A stretch of DNA of 64,000 nucleotides, taken from contig NC_091470.1 in assembly GCF_036971445.1 (NCBI RefSeq), positions 139,934,001 through 139,998,000 on the forward strand, read 5' to 3'. The translations under genes were made by a program, and so were the position numbers. Origin of the DNA: Narcine bancroftii (Eukaryota). The notes under the pieces were generated by a model, which was not told the DNA's origin, did not search any database, and saw nothing but the letters and a program-made list of their open reading frames with translations. The first letter of the stretch is position 1; every line of letters starts with the position of its first letter. This document shows positions 12,805 to 25,400 of this stretch, in pieces.

Positions 12805-13114
12805 AACAGGAAAGGTTCTCCGTGGTGACCTGAAAGAAAGAGGTGATTATCTGGACCCCCCTCCCTCCCAACGAAGGGGAAAGTTTATGGCAAAGGACTG
12901 AAGTGGTCGATTGGGAGGAATCAGTTTGCGTAAAGTGGGCGACGAATCTTTCTCTCTGAAAACCGACAAGAACCTTCCTGAGCAGCGGCCATCAAGCGCC
13001 AAAGCCAGGGGAAGAGTCATAAATGTTAAATTCTGTGGCCAGTAGAATCAAGGAACTTTGAGGAGTGAGATTGGACTTTGAATCGAAGAACTTTTCTAAA
13101 CTTACACACAAATT
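12805..13114 (+). mobile_element. LTR fragment (family of 21185-21830 and 32527-33257)
   Basis: Shares GGTGACCTGAAAGAAAGAGG, TCTCTCTGAAAACC..CAAGAACC and AAGAACTTTTCTAA with those LTRs. Confidence 0.7.
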
Positions 13115-16100
13115 ACACCCAAAGGAAAAGGAATATTCATATTATTCGGGTAGACATAAAACATACTCAAGAATAGACCTATTCCTGTTATCAGCTCGTA
13201 TGCAAGACAGAGGAAGAAAAACAGAATATAAATCTAGAATATTATCGGACCACTCACCCCTGATATTGACAATAGAGTTAGAGGACATCCCTCCAAGAAT
13301 GTATAGATGGAGATTAAACTCCATGCTACTTAAAAGGCAGGATTTTAGAGAATTAATTGAAAGACAAATTAAAATGTACTTTGAAATAAATAAGGAATCA
13401 GTGAAAGATAAGTTTATACTATGGGACGCAATGAAAGCGTTCATCAGAGGGCAAATAATAAGCTATGTAACCAAGATGAAGAAGGACTACAATCAGGAAA
13501 TAGAGCAGTTGGAAAGGGAAATAGTAAAAATAGAAAAAGAATTGGCAATGAAGGAAGACACAACTAAAAGAAGAGAATTTGCAGATAAAAAAATAAAATA
13601 TGAAACACTACAAACATATAAGGTGGAGAAGAACATAATGAAGGCAAAACAGAAATATTATGAACTAGGGTAAAAAACGCACAAAATTCTATCATGGCAG
13701 CTTAAGACAGAACAAACTAAGAGAATGGTATTGGCATCAAGGATAAAAGACAAACAAATCACATATAATCCAACGGAGATTAATGAAAACTTCAGAGAAT
13801 TCTACGAACAATTATACCAAACAGAAAATGAAGGGAAAGAAGACAAAATAGATGAATTTTTAACTAAAATTGAACTACTAAAATTACAAATGGAGGAACA
13901 AAATAAATTAACAGAACCATTTGAAATAGTAGAAATACAAGAGTTAATAAAAAAACTACCAGATAATAAAACACTAGGAGAGGATGGATTCCCAATAGAA
14001 TTCTATAAAACATTTAAAGATGTATTAATTCCTCCCCTCCTGGAAGTAATCAACCAGATTGATAAAACACAAAGCTTACCAAATTCATGCAAAACAGCAA
14101 TAATTTCAGTAATACCAAAGACAGGGAAGGATCCACTCGCACCAGCGTCATATAGACAAATATCTCTACTTAACACAGATTATAAGATAACAGTTAAACT
14201 ATTAGCAAACAGATTGGCCGACTATGTACCAAAAATAGTAAATCTGGACCAAACTGGATTTATTAAAAAAGACGAACAACAGACAATATCTGTAAATTTA
14301 TTAACTTAATTCATGAAGTAGAAGGGAATAAAGCTCCAACAGTAGCAGTTGCTTTAGACGCAGAGAAGGCCTTTGACAGAGTAGAATGGAATTATTTATT
14401 CAAAGTATTACAAAAATTCAGTTTACCAGAGAAGTATATTAATTGGATTAAAGCATTATATAAGGGGCCATTGGCGAAAGTGACAGTAAATGGATATATA
14501 TCAAAGCAATTTAATTTAAGCAGATCAACAAGGCAGGGATGCCCACTATCACCCTTATTATTCGCGTTAGCTATAGAACCACTAGCAGAATTGATAAGAA
14601 CAGAAAATAAAATAAAAGGGATAAAAATAAAAGACAAGGAATATAAAATCAGTTTATTTGCAGATGACGTTATAGTATACTTAACAGAACCAGAAATATC
14701 AATAAAAGAATTACATAAGAAATTGAAGGAATATGAAGAAGTGTCGGGTTACAAGATTAACGCAAATAAAAGTGAAGCAATGCCAATGAATAATGGGGAT
14801 TTCTCAAAATTTAAGAAAGAAGCACCATTCAGATGGCAAATGCAAGCAATACGATACCTAGGTATACAAATAAATAAAAACCTCGGCCACCTACATAAAC
14901 TTAATTATTATCCACTAATGAAAAAATTACAGGTGGACTTAGAGCATTGGAAAGACTTACCACTAACACTAATAGGAAGGATAAACTGTATTAAAATGAA
15001 CATTTTCCAAAGGATACAATACCTATTTCAGGCATTGCCAATACACTTGACAGAGAAATTCTTCAAGGAGTTAAAGAAAATAATAAGGAAATTTTTATGG
15101 AAAGGGGGGAAACTGAGGATAGCACTAGATAAATTAACAGAATGGTATAAACAAGGAGGCTTACAACTACCAAACTTAAAAAATTATTATAGAGCCGCAC
15201 AATTAAGATACCTATCAGATTTTTATCAAACAAGGGAAAAGCCAGATTGGACTAGATTAGAACTAGATAAAATAGGGGCGAAGATACCTGAACATATATT
15301 ATATAAATGGGATGAAAAACTGGTACAACGTAGGAATTCTCCAATATTACATCATCTGCTCAATATTTGGAAGAAGATTCATGTAGAAAGGAATAAAACA
15401 AATTACCAATGACCAAAACTAATACTGACACAAAATCAGCTAATCCCTTTTACAATAGATAACCTTTCCTTTAGAGAATGGGAGAAAAAAGGGATCAAAA
15501 GAATAGAAACTTGCTTTTCAGGAAATAAATTACTATCCTATGAACAAATGAAGGATTAATATAATATAACTCAAAATACAGTTTTGGCATACTACCAACT
15601 GAAATCCTACTTGAAGGACAAATTGGGAAGCAGTCTGAGGTTACCAGAGGGAAGTAATTTTGAATATGTGATTACAGACACAATGATAATCAAAAAATTT
15701 ATAACAAATATGTATATTAAACTGCAAGAAAAGGAGAATGAGGAAACAAATGGTAAAACTAAACAAAAATAGGAACAAGATTTAAACATAAAGATAAAGA
15801 AGGAAGCATGGGAGAAGTTATGCTCTGGAACTATGAGAAATACAATAAACACGAGGTTACATATGATACAATATAACTGGATATACAGGTTATACATTAA
15901 ACTTCAAAAGTTAAATAAATGGGACCCAACAGTATCTGACAGATGTTTTCACTGTAAAAAGGAAATGGGAACAACAATTCATGCAATCTGGACATGTGAG
16001 AAAGTGAAAAAATTTTGGGAAGATCTAAACCAGATATTAAATAAAATCACAGAAAGCAATATACCAAAAAAACCCAGAGATCTTCCTTCTAAGTAACATA

Positions 16101-16621
16101 AAAAACAAAGAGTTTGGACTTGATTTGGATGGTGCACAAAAAAGATTTGTTAGGATAGCCCTAGCTGTAGCAAAAAAATGTATTATGTCAGGCTGGAAAT
16201 TAGAAGATAACTTGAGAATACAACAATGGTATATAGAAATGAATAAATGTATTCCATTAGAAAAAATAACATATAATTTAAAAAATAATATTGAAATATT
16301 TGAACAGATATTGGAGCCATACATGAAACACAATAGAGAAAACCTACCAGGGACATCTACCACCTAAAATGATAGAAGGAGAAGGAAATGAAAAGAATTG
16401 ACTCAGTGGAATTTCGTTTATTTCTATTGAGTGACAACATTGTTTGACGGGTTTAATGTATCTTAAATTCTGTACTTTAAATGAATGGGAGGGGAGGTAG
16501 GGAGGATGGGATGGGAAGAGGGAGGGGGGGAGAAAATGACACTGTATATATTTGAAAAGAAAAATGTATGTATCTTGATCAATGTGGTTTATAGTGTGAA
16601 AAATAAAAAATTTTTAAAAAA
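13115..16621 (+). mobile_element. 5'-truncated L1 LINE; ORF2 pseudogene (EN end, RT, CCHC), 3'UTR and A-rich tail
   Basis: YSRIDLF..SDHSP, ALDAEKAFD, RQGCPLSP, LFADD, CFHC..HAIWTC, with several stops and frameshifts; AATAAA near 16602. Confidence 0.96.
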
Positions 16622-17147
16622 GCCTTCATTACATTAAGATCCGTTGAAGTCTTCATAACTGGTGGTGCATTTTACAGCGCCACCGCTACATCAATCGGTG
16701 GACATCTCTTTAAAGTCGGGTCTTCAGCTGGCGGCGTCCCAGCTGTTCCAACTGTCAAAGATTCAGTTACAGCGCTCATAGCGGGCGTTGATTGAAATAC
16801 ACGCGCCCGGCTAGCCCTTTGATCCAAAGGCTGCCGGGCGCCATCTTTAAAGAGCCCTACTGGTAATCCTGCACTTCTCCTCTTGAATCCATTCCATGCC
16901 GAGTCCTGGCTTCTTGTAAACAGGTTGGCTCAGATAACTTTGGGAAATGTAATTTCTTAGCAATCTGTTGTCGTTTTCTTTTACTTTTTTTTTTGCATTT
17001 GTACCATTAGAAGCTAGTTCAGCACGTCTAACTATTTATAAACTTTTTAGATAGTTTCAACGGGCACTTATAGACAAAGCAATAACAAAGAGTCAGGAGA
17101 GGACTGGAAGGCACGTCTATTCCTTACGCCATCTTGCCACGCCCCCC
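16622..17147 (-). mobile_element. 5' UTR/ORF1 start of a second L1 family
   Basis: Minus strand begins GGGGGCGTGGCAAGATGGCG (YY1-type L1 5' end), followed by a K-rich ORF start. Confidence 0.55.
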
Positions 17148-18780
17148 AGATGATCCCCTTCCAAGTGGAGACAGATGCCTCAGATGTAGTGCTAGCGGCC
17201 ACACTGAATCAGGAGGGGCGACCATGGACACTGCAGTGGTCAGAGGTGAGACATTCGGCAGTGGAGAAGGAGGCACATGCAAGTCGTAGAAGCGGTGAGG
17301 CATTGGAGACACTACTTGGCTTGTAAGTGCTTAACTTGGGTCACGGACCAACGATGCATGGCATTCAAGCTCGACAACCAGAAGGGGTGGAAAATAAAAA
17401 AAAAACTTCTGTGCTGGAGGATAGAACTGTCCATGTAAAATTACGACATTCTATACTGGCCCAGGAAAGCTCAACGATGTGCCGTCCAGGGGCATCTGCA
17501 CGGCCCTCAACCACACGGCCCAGCTGCTTGATGAGCTGGGCCACCCGGGGAGGGGTCGCTAGGTTGTTCCATTTCATGAGGACCCAGAGTCTCCCATTCT
17601 CGGTGGAGGAGGTAAGGATGGTGACTGAGTAACATCTGCCCGGAAGGCAAACCGCAGTTCCACCAGCCAGACAGGGCTACACTGATAAAAGTCACCAGAC
17701 CCTTTGAATGCCTCAGCCTCGACTTTAAAGGCCCGCTCCCCTCCTATGACAGTAATGTCAGCTTCCTTAACACCATAGAGGAATACTCCTGCTTCCCTTT
17801 CGCAATCCTGTGCCCCGACATATCAGCAGCCACGGAAATAAAGTGCCTACAATCTATTTTCAGCATGTGCGGGTACCCCAGCTGTATACACACAGACTGG
17901 GGTGCTGCATTCATGACAAAGGTATTGCCACAAGCTGCAACCCCAGGGGTAATGGGCAAGTGGGAAGGGAAAATGCCACTATCTGGAAAACAGTTCTGTT
18001 GACCTTAAAGGCAAAAGACATGCCCGTGGCAAGATGGCAGGACATGATACCAGAGGCTTTACATTCGATACGCTCGCTGTTGTGTACCACCACTAACACG
18101 ACTCCACGTGACCACTTGTTTTCATCTTCAAGGAATGCCGTGACGGGCACGGTGCTGCCGAGATGACACTGGGACCTCCAGAAGCACTGCAGGCCCCACA
18201 GAATGGACACGCTGGTGGGAGCCAGTCGAGCTGAGGCACACGAACCTCCCCCCACCACTACACGGCAGTCGCGTTCGGGGAAGGGTGGGACGACACGGTG
18301 GCTGCCAGGGACCCCGTGCCAGCTGATATCGTGGGCAGTGAGGAAGGATTGCAGATCCCCCTATGGACCCTGATAGTCCAGCAAGATGTACAGCAGGGCA
18401 CCAGGACAATGACCATCATATCAACCCCAAAATGAACCGCTGACCGATACACCTCCAACAGCCTGAACCTGTCCTGAAAGTCCTACAACCCTCCCTGCAG
18501 CCTGTGCTCTCAACCACTCAATTAGGAGCACCCTGCCCCTAATAACCCCCACCTCCCCTGCCAAGTACCCCGAAGATCCAAGAGACTAAGGAAAGCTCGA
18601 CAGATCCTGGACTTATAAACTTTGGGGGGTTGGGGTTGTGGCCAAATTCCTTTAATGGGGGGGGGGGGTGTAATGAATGTGGCCACCACCTGATGACCCT
18701 GTATATAAAGCCGATCAGAGCTCATGCTCCTCCATCGGACCTAGCTGTATAAATCACTAGCTGTATATATCACTCTATTA
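17148..18780 (+). mobile_element. Gypsy/Ty3 3' fragment: RNase H, integrase, G-run PPT (18657-18668), truncated LTR from 18669
   Basis: PFQVETDASDV..ATLNQEGRP and NPRGNGQVGRENATIWK..ALHSIRSLLCT; same family as 50254-53350. Confidence 0.85.
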
Positions 18781-18782
18781 AA

Positions 18783-18981
18783 GGTCCAACAGGTTCGGGA
18801 CTTTATCCCTTGAAGATTTATTGGGACGTTGCCCGGACGTCAGGGACTGAGTTACAGGGAAAGGGTTAACAGGTTTGGGACTTTATATCCTGAATATTTA
18901 CTGGGATGTTGCCTGGATGTCAGGGACTGAGTTACAGGGAAAGGTTCGACAGGTTCGGGACTTTATCCCCTGAAGATTTAC
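18783..18981 (+). repeat. 80-bp CR1-derived minisatellite (~2.5 units)
   Basis: ACAGGTT(C/T)GGGACTTTAT at 18789, 18869 and 18949. Confidence 0.9.
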
Positions 18982-18984
18982 TTG

Positions 18985-20620
18985 GAGGGAGAAAGGGGGA
19001 GAGAGAGATGGTGGAGACAGAGGGATGGAGAGAGGGGGAGGGAGACAGAGAGGTGGAGAGAGGGGAAGAGTCAGTGGTAGAGTGTGGGGGAGAGAGATGA
19101 GGTGAGAGAGAGGGGATGAGAGACTGGGGGAGAGAAGAGAAAATGGAGAAAGATTGGATGAGAGAGCAGGGGTGAGAGGGAGAGAGGAGGAGAATGGGAG
19201 GGTGAGAGAGGGGTAGAGTCAGTGGGAGAAGGTGGGGGAGAGAGAGGGGTGAGCAAGGGAGGGAGTGTGGGGGAGAGAGAGAGGGTGAGCGAGGGAGGGA
19301 GAGTGTGGGGGAGAGAGATCGGGTGGAGGGGATGAGAGAAGGGAGAGGGGGAGATAGGTGAAATGAGGGGGCAGTGAGAGTGGAGAGAGGCATTGAGAAA
19401 GGGTGAGAGAGGTGGTAGAAAGGGGTGAGAGGGGGAGCGAGGAGGAGAGGGGGCTGAGAGAGGGTGAGAAAGGGAGAGGGAGAGAGGCTGAGGGGAAGAG
19501 AGGTGAAGATAGAGGGCGTAGAGAGATGGGAGAGGGAGAGAGTTGGTGGGAAAGGAGGGGAGAGGGGGGCGTAAAAGGGGGAGATCGGAGGAGTGAGGGC
19601 AGAGAGAGAGGGGGAGATAGAGGGTGAAGAGAGGTGGGAGAGCGGAAGAGTCAGTGGGAGAGCATGAGGAGGGAGGAAGGGAGAGCATGAGGAGAGATGG
19701 GTGGAAAGGGGGGAGATGGAGAGGGGAGAGAGGGGTGAGTGAGGAGAGAGGAGGAGAGAGGAGGATAGATAGAATGAGAGAGGAGGAATGAGGGTAGAGA
19801 GAGGAGGAGTGTGGGAGTGTGAGTGGCAGGCAGAGTGAGGGGAGAGGTGGAGAGAGGGTGGGGAGAGAGAGGGTAAGTAAGATTGGGAGAGTTTGGGGGA
19901 GAGAGTGGAGTGAATGGGGAGAGAACAGGTGAGAGGGGGTTGGGAGAAAGGGTGAGTAGGAGCAGGAGAGGGGAGAGAAGGGGTGAGAGAGGAGGAGAGG
20001 AGTGAGGGCAGAGAGGAGGAGAATGAGAGGGCGAGGGATGGGAGAGGGGAAGTGAGGGAGGGAGAGAGAGTGGGAGAAGGTGGGGGAGAGAGGGAGGGTA
20101 GGGAAGAGAGGAGGAGTGAGGTCAGAGAGAGGAGAGTGGGAGGGTGAGGGGCAGGAGGGAGAGCGGGAGACTCAGTGGGAGAAGGTGGGGTGAGAGGGAG
20201 GGAGGGGAGAGAGGGAGAGTGGGGAGGGGGAGTGGAGAGGTGGAGAGAGGGTGAGGGGGTAAAAAGGGGTGAGAGAGAGGGGGAGTGAGGAGGAGACAGG
20301 GGCTGAGAGAGGGTGAGAGTGGAGAGGGAATCGAGGGTGTAGAAAGGTGGAGAGTCGTGAGGAGAGGGTGGAAGAGGGGAAAAAAGGGGGGAGATATGGG
20401 GGGAGGAGTGGGGGAGAGACAGAGAGATAGGGGAAAGAGGGGGGAGTGAGAGTGTGAGAGAGAAAGGGGAGGGGGAGGGAGTGAGATGAGACCGAGAGAG
20501 GGGGAGAGATTGGTGGAGAGTGGGTGTGAGTGAAGGGGAGAGAGTGGGGGTGAGGGGGAGAGAGGTGGAAAGAGTGGGGCTGAGAGAGAAGGAGAGAGAG
20601 AGAGAGAGAGAGAGAGAGGG
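18985..20620. repeat. GA-rich polypurine tract
   Basis: ~1.6 kb of nearly pure G/A ending in (GA)n. Confidence 0.96.
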
Positions 20621-21184
20621 CCTGAATTATTGGTGGTTATTTTTACCCTTCCTTTCATAAACAACATAGTTTGACCAGCTGTTTCCTCACCCTTTTGACC
20701 TTTTCCTTCAACTGCCATGCCTACGGATTGTCGGTTTCATTCCCTTGATTCAACCCACCCTCTTTCCCTCTGACCCCCTCGATCTTGTCTCCCCCTTTCT
20801 TCTGCCCTGCAAAGGGGGTGTCCCAGTGCAAAAGCCTTTTCGGCAATGCACCTGGACGCTTCTTGGAGTCCAACTGATTTGCATCCCCCAATGCCCACAG
20901 GGTACCGACATGGTTCTTTATCATGCATCCTTGCAGATGAGCTGTGCATCGAGGGGAGTATGGGCACTTGGCATGCACTGTTTCCTGCAAGCGTATGGCC
21001 ATGACTTGGAAACCAGGAATGGGATTGTGTCACCGCCTTGCACCTGACAGAGAATTTAGCGGCATGATTTATGCATTCAGGAATCAATTTCCCTTTGAAC
21101 ATGTGGAGCCCATGTTTGCAAATTGGAAGGATTCACGATCTCATTGGTGATTGTTGTTTTCATTGAGAATCTTCTATCTCTTCC

Positions 21185-22184
21185 TGTGAGAGAGTATAGA
21201 TATGTTTTTGGGAGATAAATTGGGGGAAGGGTTTGTTAGTGTAGGTCACATACAAACACTTTAAACCAGGTCTTATTTAAAATACTGGAGCTCTTCCCCA
21301 TGCTCGACATGTCGGGGCCAGCAGTCTTTGAAAGAGCTTTGGAGAGTGCCCAAGAGACTTCACTAATGGATTGTTGTTTACAAAAAAGGCAATAGATGAA
21401 AGAGCTTGTCGGAGCATAAGGCTGTCTGGAGGGGAACCTGCTGTTCTTGGAGGGTCATGTTTTGCAAGCTGAGAGGGTCAAACAGGTTTTTCTCCCAGAG
21501 AGAGAGAGGGAGAGAGAGAGAGATCAGTTCTACAGTGTTACAGCCAGTGACAGCATCTGGGACTGGAACAGGACAAGCCGGCAAGCTTGTGGAAACCCCA
21601 TTTGGAAGAGGGGTTGTGAGTGCTGGCCAAAACCCTTCATGCAAGAGGAGAGGACTGGCTGTCTAATGTTTAACTTGGAATAAGAGAAACAAGAAGGAAC
21701 TCTCTGGTGACCTGAAAGAAAGAGGTTATCTTCTGGAGAATCCTGAGGGGGGAAAGTTTTGTCAGCAAGACACTGAAGAGACAAGGAACAACAAATCTCT
21801 CTCTGAAAACCAACAAGAACCTTCCTGTAATCTGTACAGAACCTAACAGTCCCATCTGGTTTCGGTACCAGAAGTGAGTTTGAAGGTCTAATAATGTCAT
21901 TCCTCAACATTTATTCCACTTCCTAATCCATGATTGTACTTTTTAGCACATCAGGAAACAAATCTGGGTATTTTGAAAATGAGTTCTTTCACCTATTGCC
22001 TTTTTGTAAACAACAATCCATTAGTGAAGTCTCTCGGGCACTCTTCGAAGCTTTTGCCAACATGCCTAGCATTAGCAGAATTCCAGTATTTTAAATAAGA
22101 TCGGTTTAAAAGTGTTTGTATGTGACCTACACTGGCAAACCTGCCCCAGTTTATCTCCCACAAACATATCTATCTTCTGTCACA
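21185..22184. mobile_element. Two oppositely oriented LTR fragments enclosing a Gypsy RT fragment
   Basis: 21185-21405 is the reverse complement of ~21980-22184. The minus-strand peptide LVPKPDGTVRFCTDYRKV lies at ~21820-21910. Confidence 0.8.
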
Positions 22185-22469
22185 GTGTTGAAATGAAATC
22201 ATGTATCACTAGAAAAGACAAGGTATCATTTGCGGGATAAATATGTTTCTCGGTATGGGTCTCTGAGTTAAAAACTCTTGGCATTTACAATTTGATCTCC
22301 CAATCTGTTCCGGTGGAGGGAGGGTGTTAGTGGGGTGGTCGGGGGAGGCTGGAGGGGAGGGTCTCCTTTAGTTATATAATGTTTGGATTGATATATTATA
22401 ACTAAAAATCGATTCACCCTGAGAGATTTATACGGACAAATCTTTCTCCCTCTTTATTATATGTGGCAG

Positions 22470-25400
22470 TGTAGCACCTGCTACACAGATTGAAACTCAC
22501 CACGACCACTTTGGAGGTTTCAAATGAACTGTTTATTCAAACTTCACGTGTGGCATGAGCTCTGCCCCCATGTCGGTGGTGATGTCACCATGCTCGCCCG
22601 AGGTGCGTGCCTTGGCTTAACCCATGCAGCAGCAAGGTCACCCGATGGTGCCATCTTCTTGCGGCTGCCTCGCCAGTGCAGCGGTACAAGCGGGGCTGTT
22701 TCGCCATGAGTATTTGCGCCACCACACAACCCTCCCAGAACCAGCTTACACATCTTGTTGCCTGGGTGGCTGTCCTTGTGGTTGCTACTGGTTGGCTAAG
22801 GTCCAGGTGTGCCTCCTTGAGTCGGTCGACTGTGAATACCCCCCCCCACCCCCTTGCCCTCGATGTCCAAGGTGAATGTCTTGCCTGAGTGCTGCAGGAC
22901 TTTGTAGGGGCCTTCATTGGGGCACTGCAGGGGTGCAGTGTGTGGGTCTCGCTGGACAAAAATGAAATCAGCCATGGCCAGCTCCTTGGGGACACAGGAT
23001 GAGTGCTGCCATGGTGGGATGTTGGTGGGAGCGCCAGTGAGGCGAGCTTACCCCGCATGTCAGGGTCTGACTCTCGGTCGTGGAGCCGCTGCTCAGGCAG
23101 AAGAATTCCCCGGGTAGTGACAGTGGTGCACCATAGACCAACTCCGTGGATGGTACCTATAGGTCTTCTTTCAGTGCCATTCTGATGCTGAGCAGGACCC
23201 AGAGCAACTCATCCGTCCAGTTGGGGCTGGTAAACTGAGCCATGAGGGCCGACTTTAGGTGCCAGTGGAAACGCTCCACTAGGCCGTTGGCTTGGTGATG
23301 GTATGCGGTGGTGTGGTGGAGCTTGATCCCAAAGGTTTGCCAGCTGTGACCAGAGGGCAGATATGAACTGGGCACCCCGTCGCTCGTCAGGTGCACCGGG
23401 ACCCCAGACCTGGTTATCCAGTGGGTGAGTAGGTTCCTGGCACAGGTCTCGGCGGATGTATCTCTCAGCGAGATGGCTTCCAGCCACCTTGTCGGGCGGT
23501 CGACCACTGTCAACAAATAGCGGGCATCCCTGGACACCGGCAGGAGGCCCATGATGTCGATGTGTATATGCTTGAACCTCTTGGCCATGGAGTCAAACTG
23601 TTATTAACATGGCGCTGGACCTTGGAGGTCTGACACTGCATGTAGTTTCTCGCCATCTGGGCTACCTGTTTCTTGAGGCCATGCCACACAAACCATTCCA
23701 CCACCACACAAACCGTTCCGCCGCCACACGAACCGTTCTGCTACCATGTGAACCATTCTGCTGCCACACGATCCATTCTGCCACTATGCTAACCAAGGTC
23801 TTGATTGAGGGGTGGGCCAAATCGTGGACCACGCTGAAGGCCTGTGGCCTCCACTGTAGTGGAACTACTGGGTGCGGCGAGCTGGTGGTGATGTCGCAGA
23901 GCAGCATGTCGGGGCTGTCCGGCAGTTTAAGGTCCTGGAGCCGGAGACCCGTGATGGTGGTATGGAAAGCTTGTGTGTCTGCATCCTCCTTCTGCGCCTG
24001 TGCTAGCTGGGCATAGTCCAGGCCAGGGGTGAGGCTGTGGATGGTGGGCCTTAAGAGCATATCTGCCACAACATTGTCCTTACCCGCTCAGTGTCGGACG
24101 TCGGTGGTGAACTTCGATACATAAGACAGATGCCGCTGCTGGCGTGGCGATCAGGGGGGGTCATTTGGCATTGCAAGGGACTGAGTGAGTGGTTTGTGGT
24201 TGGTGAACACGGTGAATGGCCTGCCCTCCAGGAGGTACCAGAAGTGCCTGATGGGTGGGTACAGGACCAGGAGTTCCAGGCACCGTATTTTAGTTCCGGA
24301 GGGCGGAGGTGCTTGCTGAAGAAGTCAAGCGGGCGCCACTGGCCATTGACTGATTGCTCCATGATGCCCCCAATGGCCGTGGCTGACGCATCCACTGAGA
24401 GTGTGGTATGGGCGTCGGGCTGTGGGTAGGCCAGTAGGGTGGCGCTCGTCATGGCGTCCTTCGTCACAGTGAAAGTGTTCTTGGCCTCTTCTGTCCATTC
24501 CAGAGTTTTGTTCTTGGTGGTGATCAGTGCGAACAATGGCCCTATGATGTGAGCTGCCCTCGGGATGAACCGGTGGTAAAAGTTGACCATGCCGACAAAT
24601 TCCTGTAGACCTTTGAGGGTGTTGAGCCTTGGGAACTGGTGTATGGCTGTGAACTTCTCGGTGCTGGGGTGGCTCCATCCGATGAGGTGGTATGGCCCAG
24701 AAACTGCAGGGACTGCATCCCACATTGACCATGAGGCCAAATTCTGCCAGGCGGATGAACAGTGCATGGAGGTGGACCCTGTGTTCATCATAGTCCCGAA
24801 TGGCAATGAGGATGTCGTCGATATAGATAAACACGAAGTCTAAGTCTCTGCCCACCGCATCTACCAGCCGTTGAAATGTCTGGGCCACATTTTTAAGGCC
24901 AAAGAGCATCCACAGGAACTTGAATAGGCCGAATGGGGTGATGATCACGGTCTTGCCGATGTCATCGGGGTGGACCTGGATTTGATGGTAACACCATACC
25001 AGGTTTTCGAGAAAACCTGGGTGGCATGTAAGTTGGCCGTAAATTCCTGTATATGCTGGATGGGGTATCAGTCTGACGTGGTCGCATCGCTGATGCGATT
25101 GTACTCCCTGTATGGGCTCCAACTCCTGGAAACCTTTCGGACCATGTGAAGAGGGAAGGCCCAAGGGCTATCCAATCTGCAGACGATTCCCAGCTCCTGC
25201 AGTCGGGAGAACTCATCCTTTTCCAGTTGCAGCTTCTTGGTGGGGGGGGGAGGGTCAACTGCCTGGCTTTGGCATGTAGAGGGGGGGGGGGTCCTGGGTC
25301 AAGATGTGGTGGCAGACTCAATGTTGGGGCATGGCAGAAGTAAACTGCAGCTGCAGGATGGAGCGGAATTTGCCGAGCTTGCGAGAATACTCATCCTTGG

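Noticed and set aside
20640-21150. Unique sequence with several ~100-aa ORFs (e.g. LWALGDANQLD)
   Set aside because: No recognisable domain or consistent splice-site pair, so an exon cannot be supported without homology or RNA data.
22181-22219. CACAGTG-23 nt-AGAAAAGAC, possible 23-RSS
   Set aside because: The heptamer is created by an LTR terminus junction, the nonamer matches only 6/9, and no V exon precedes it.
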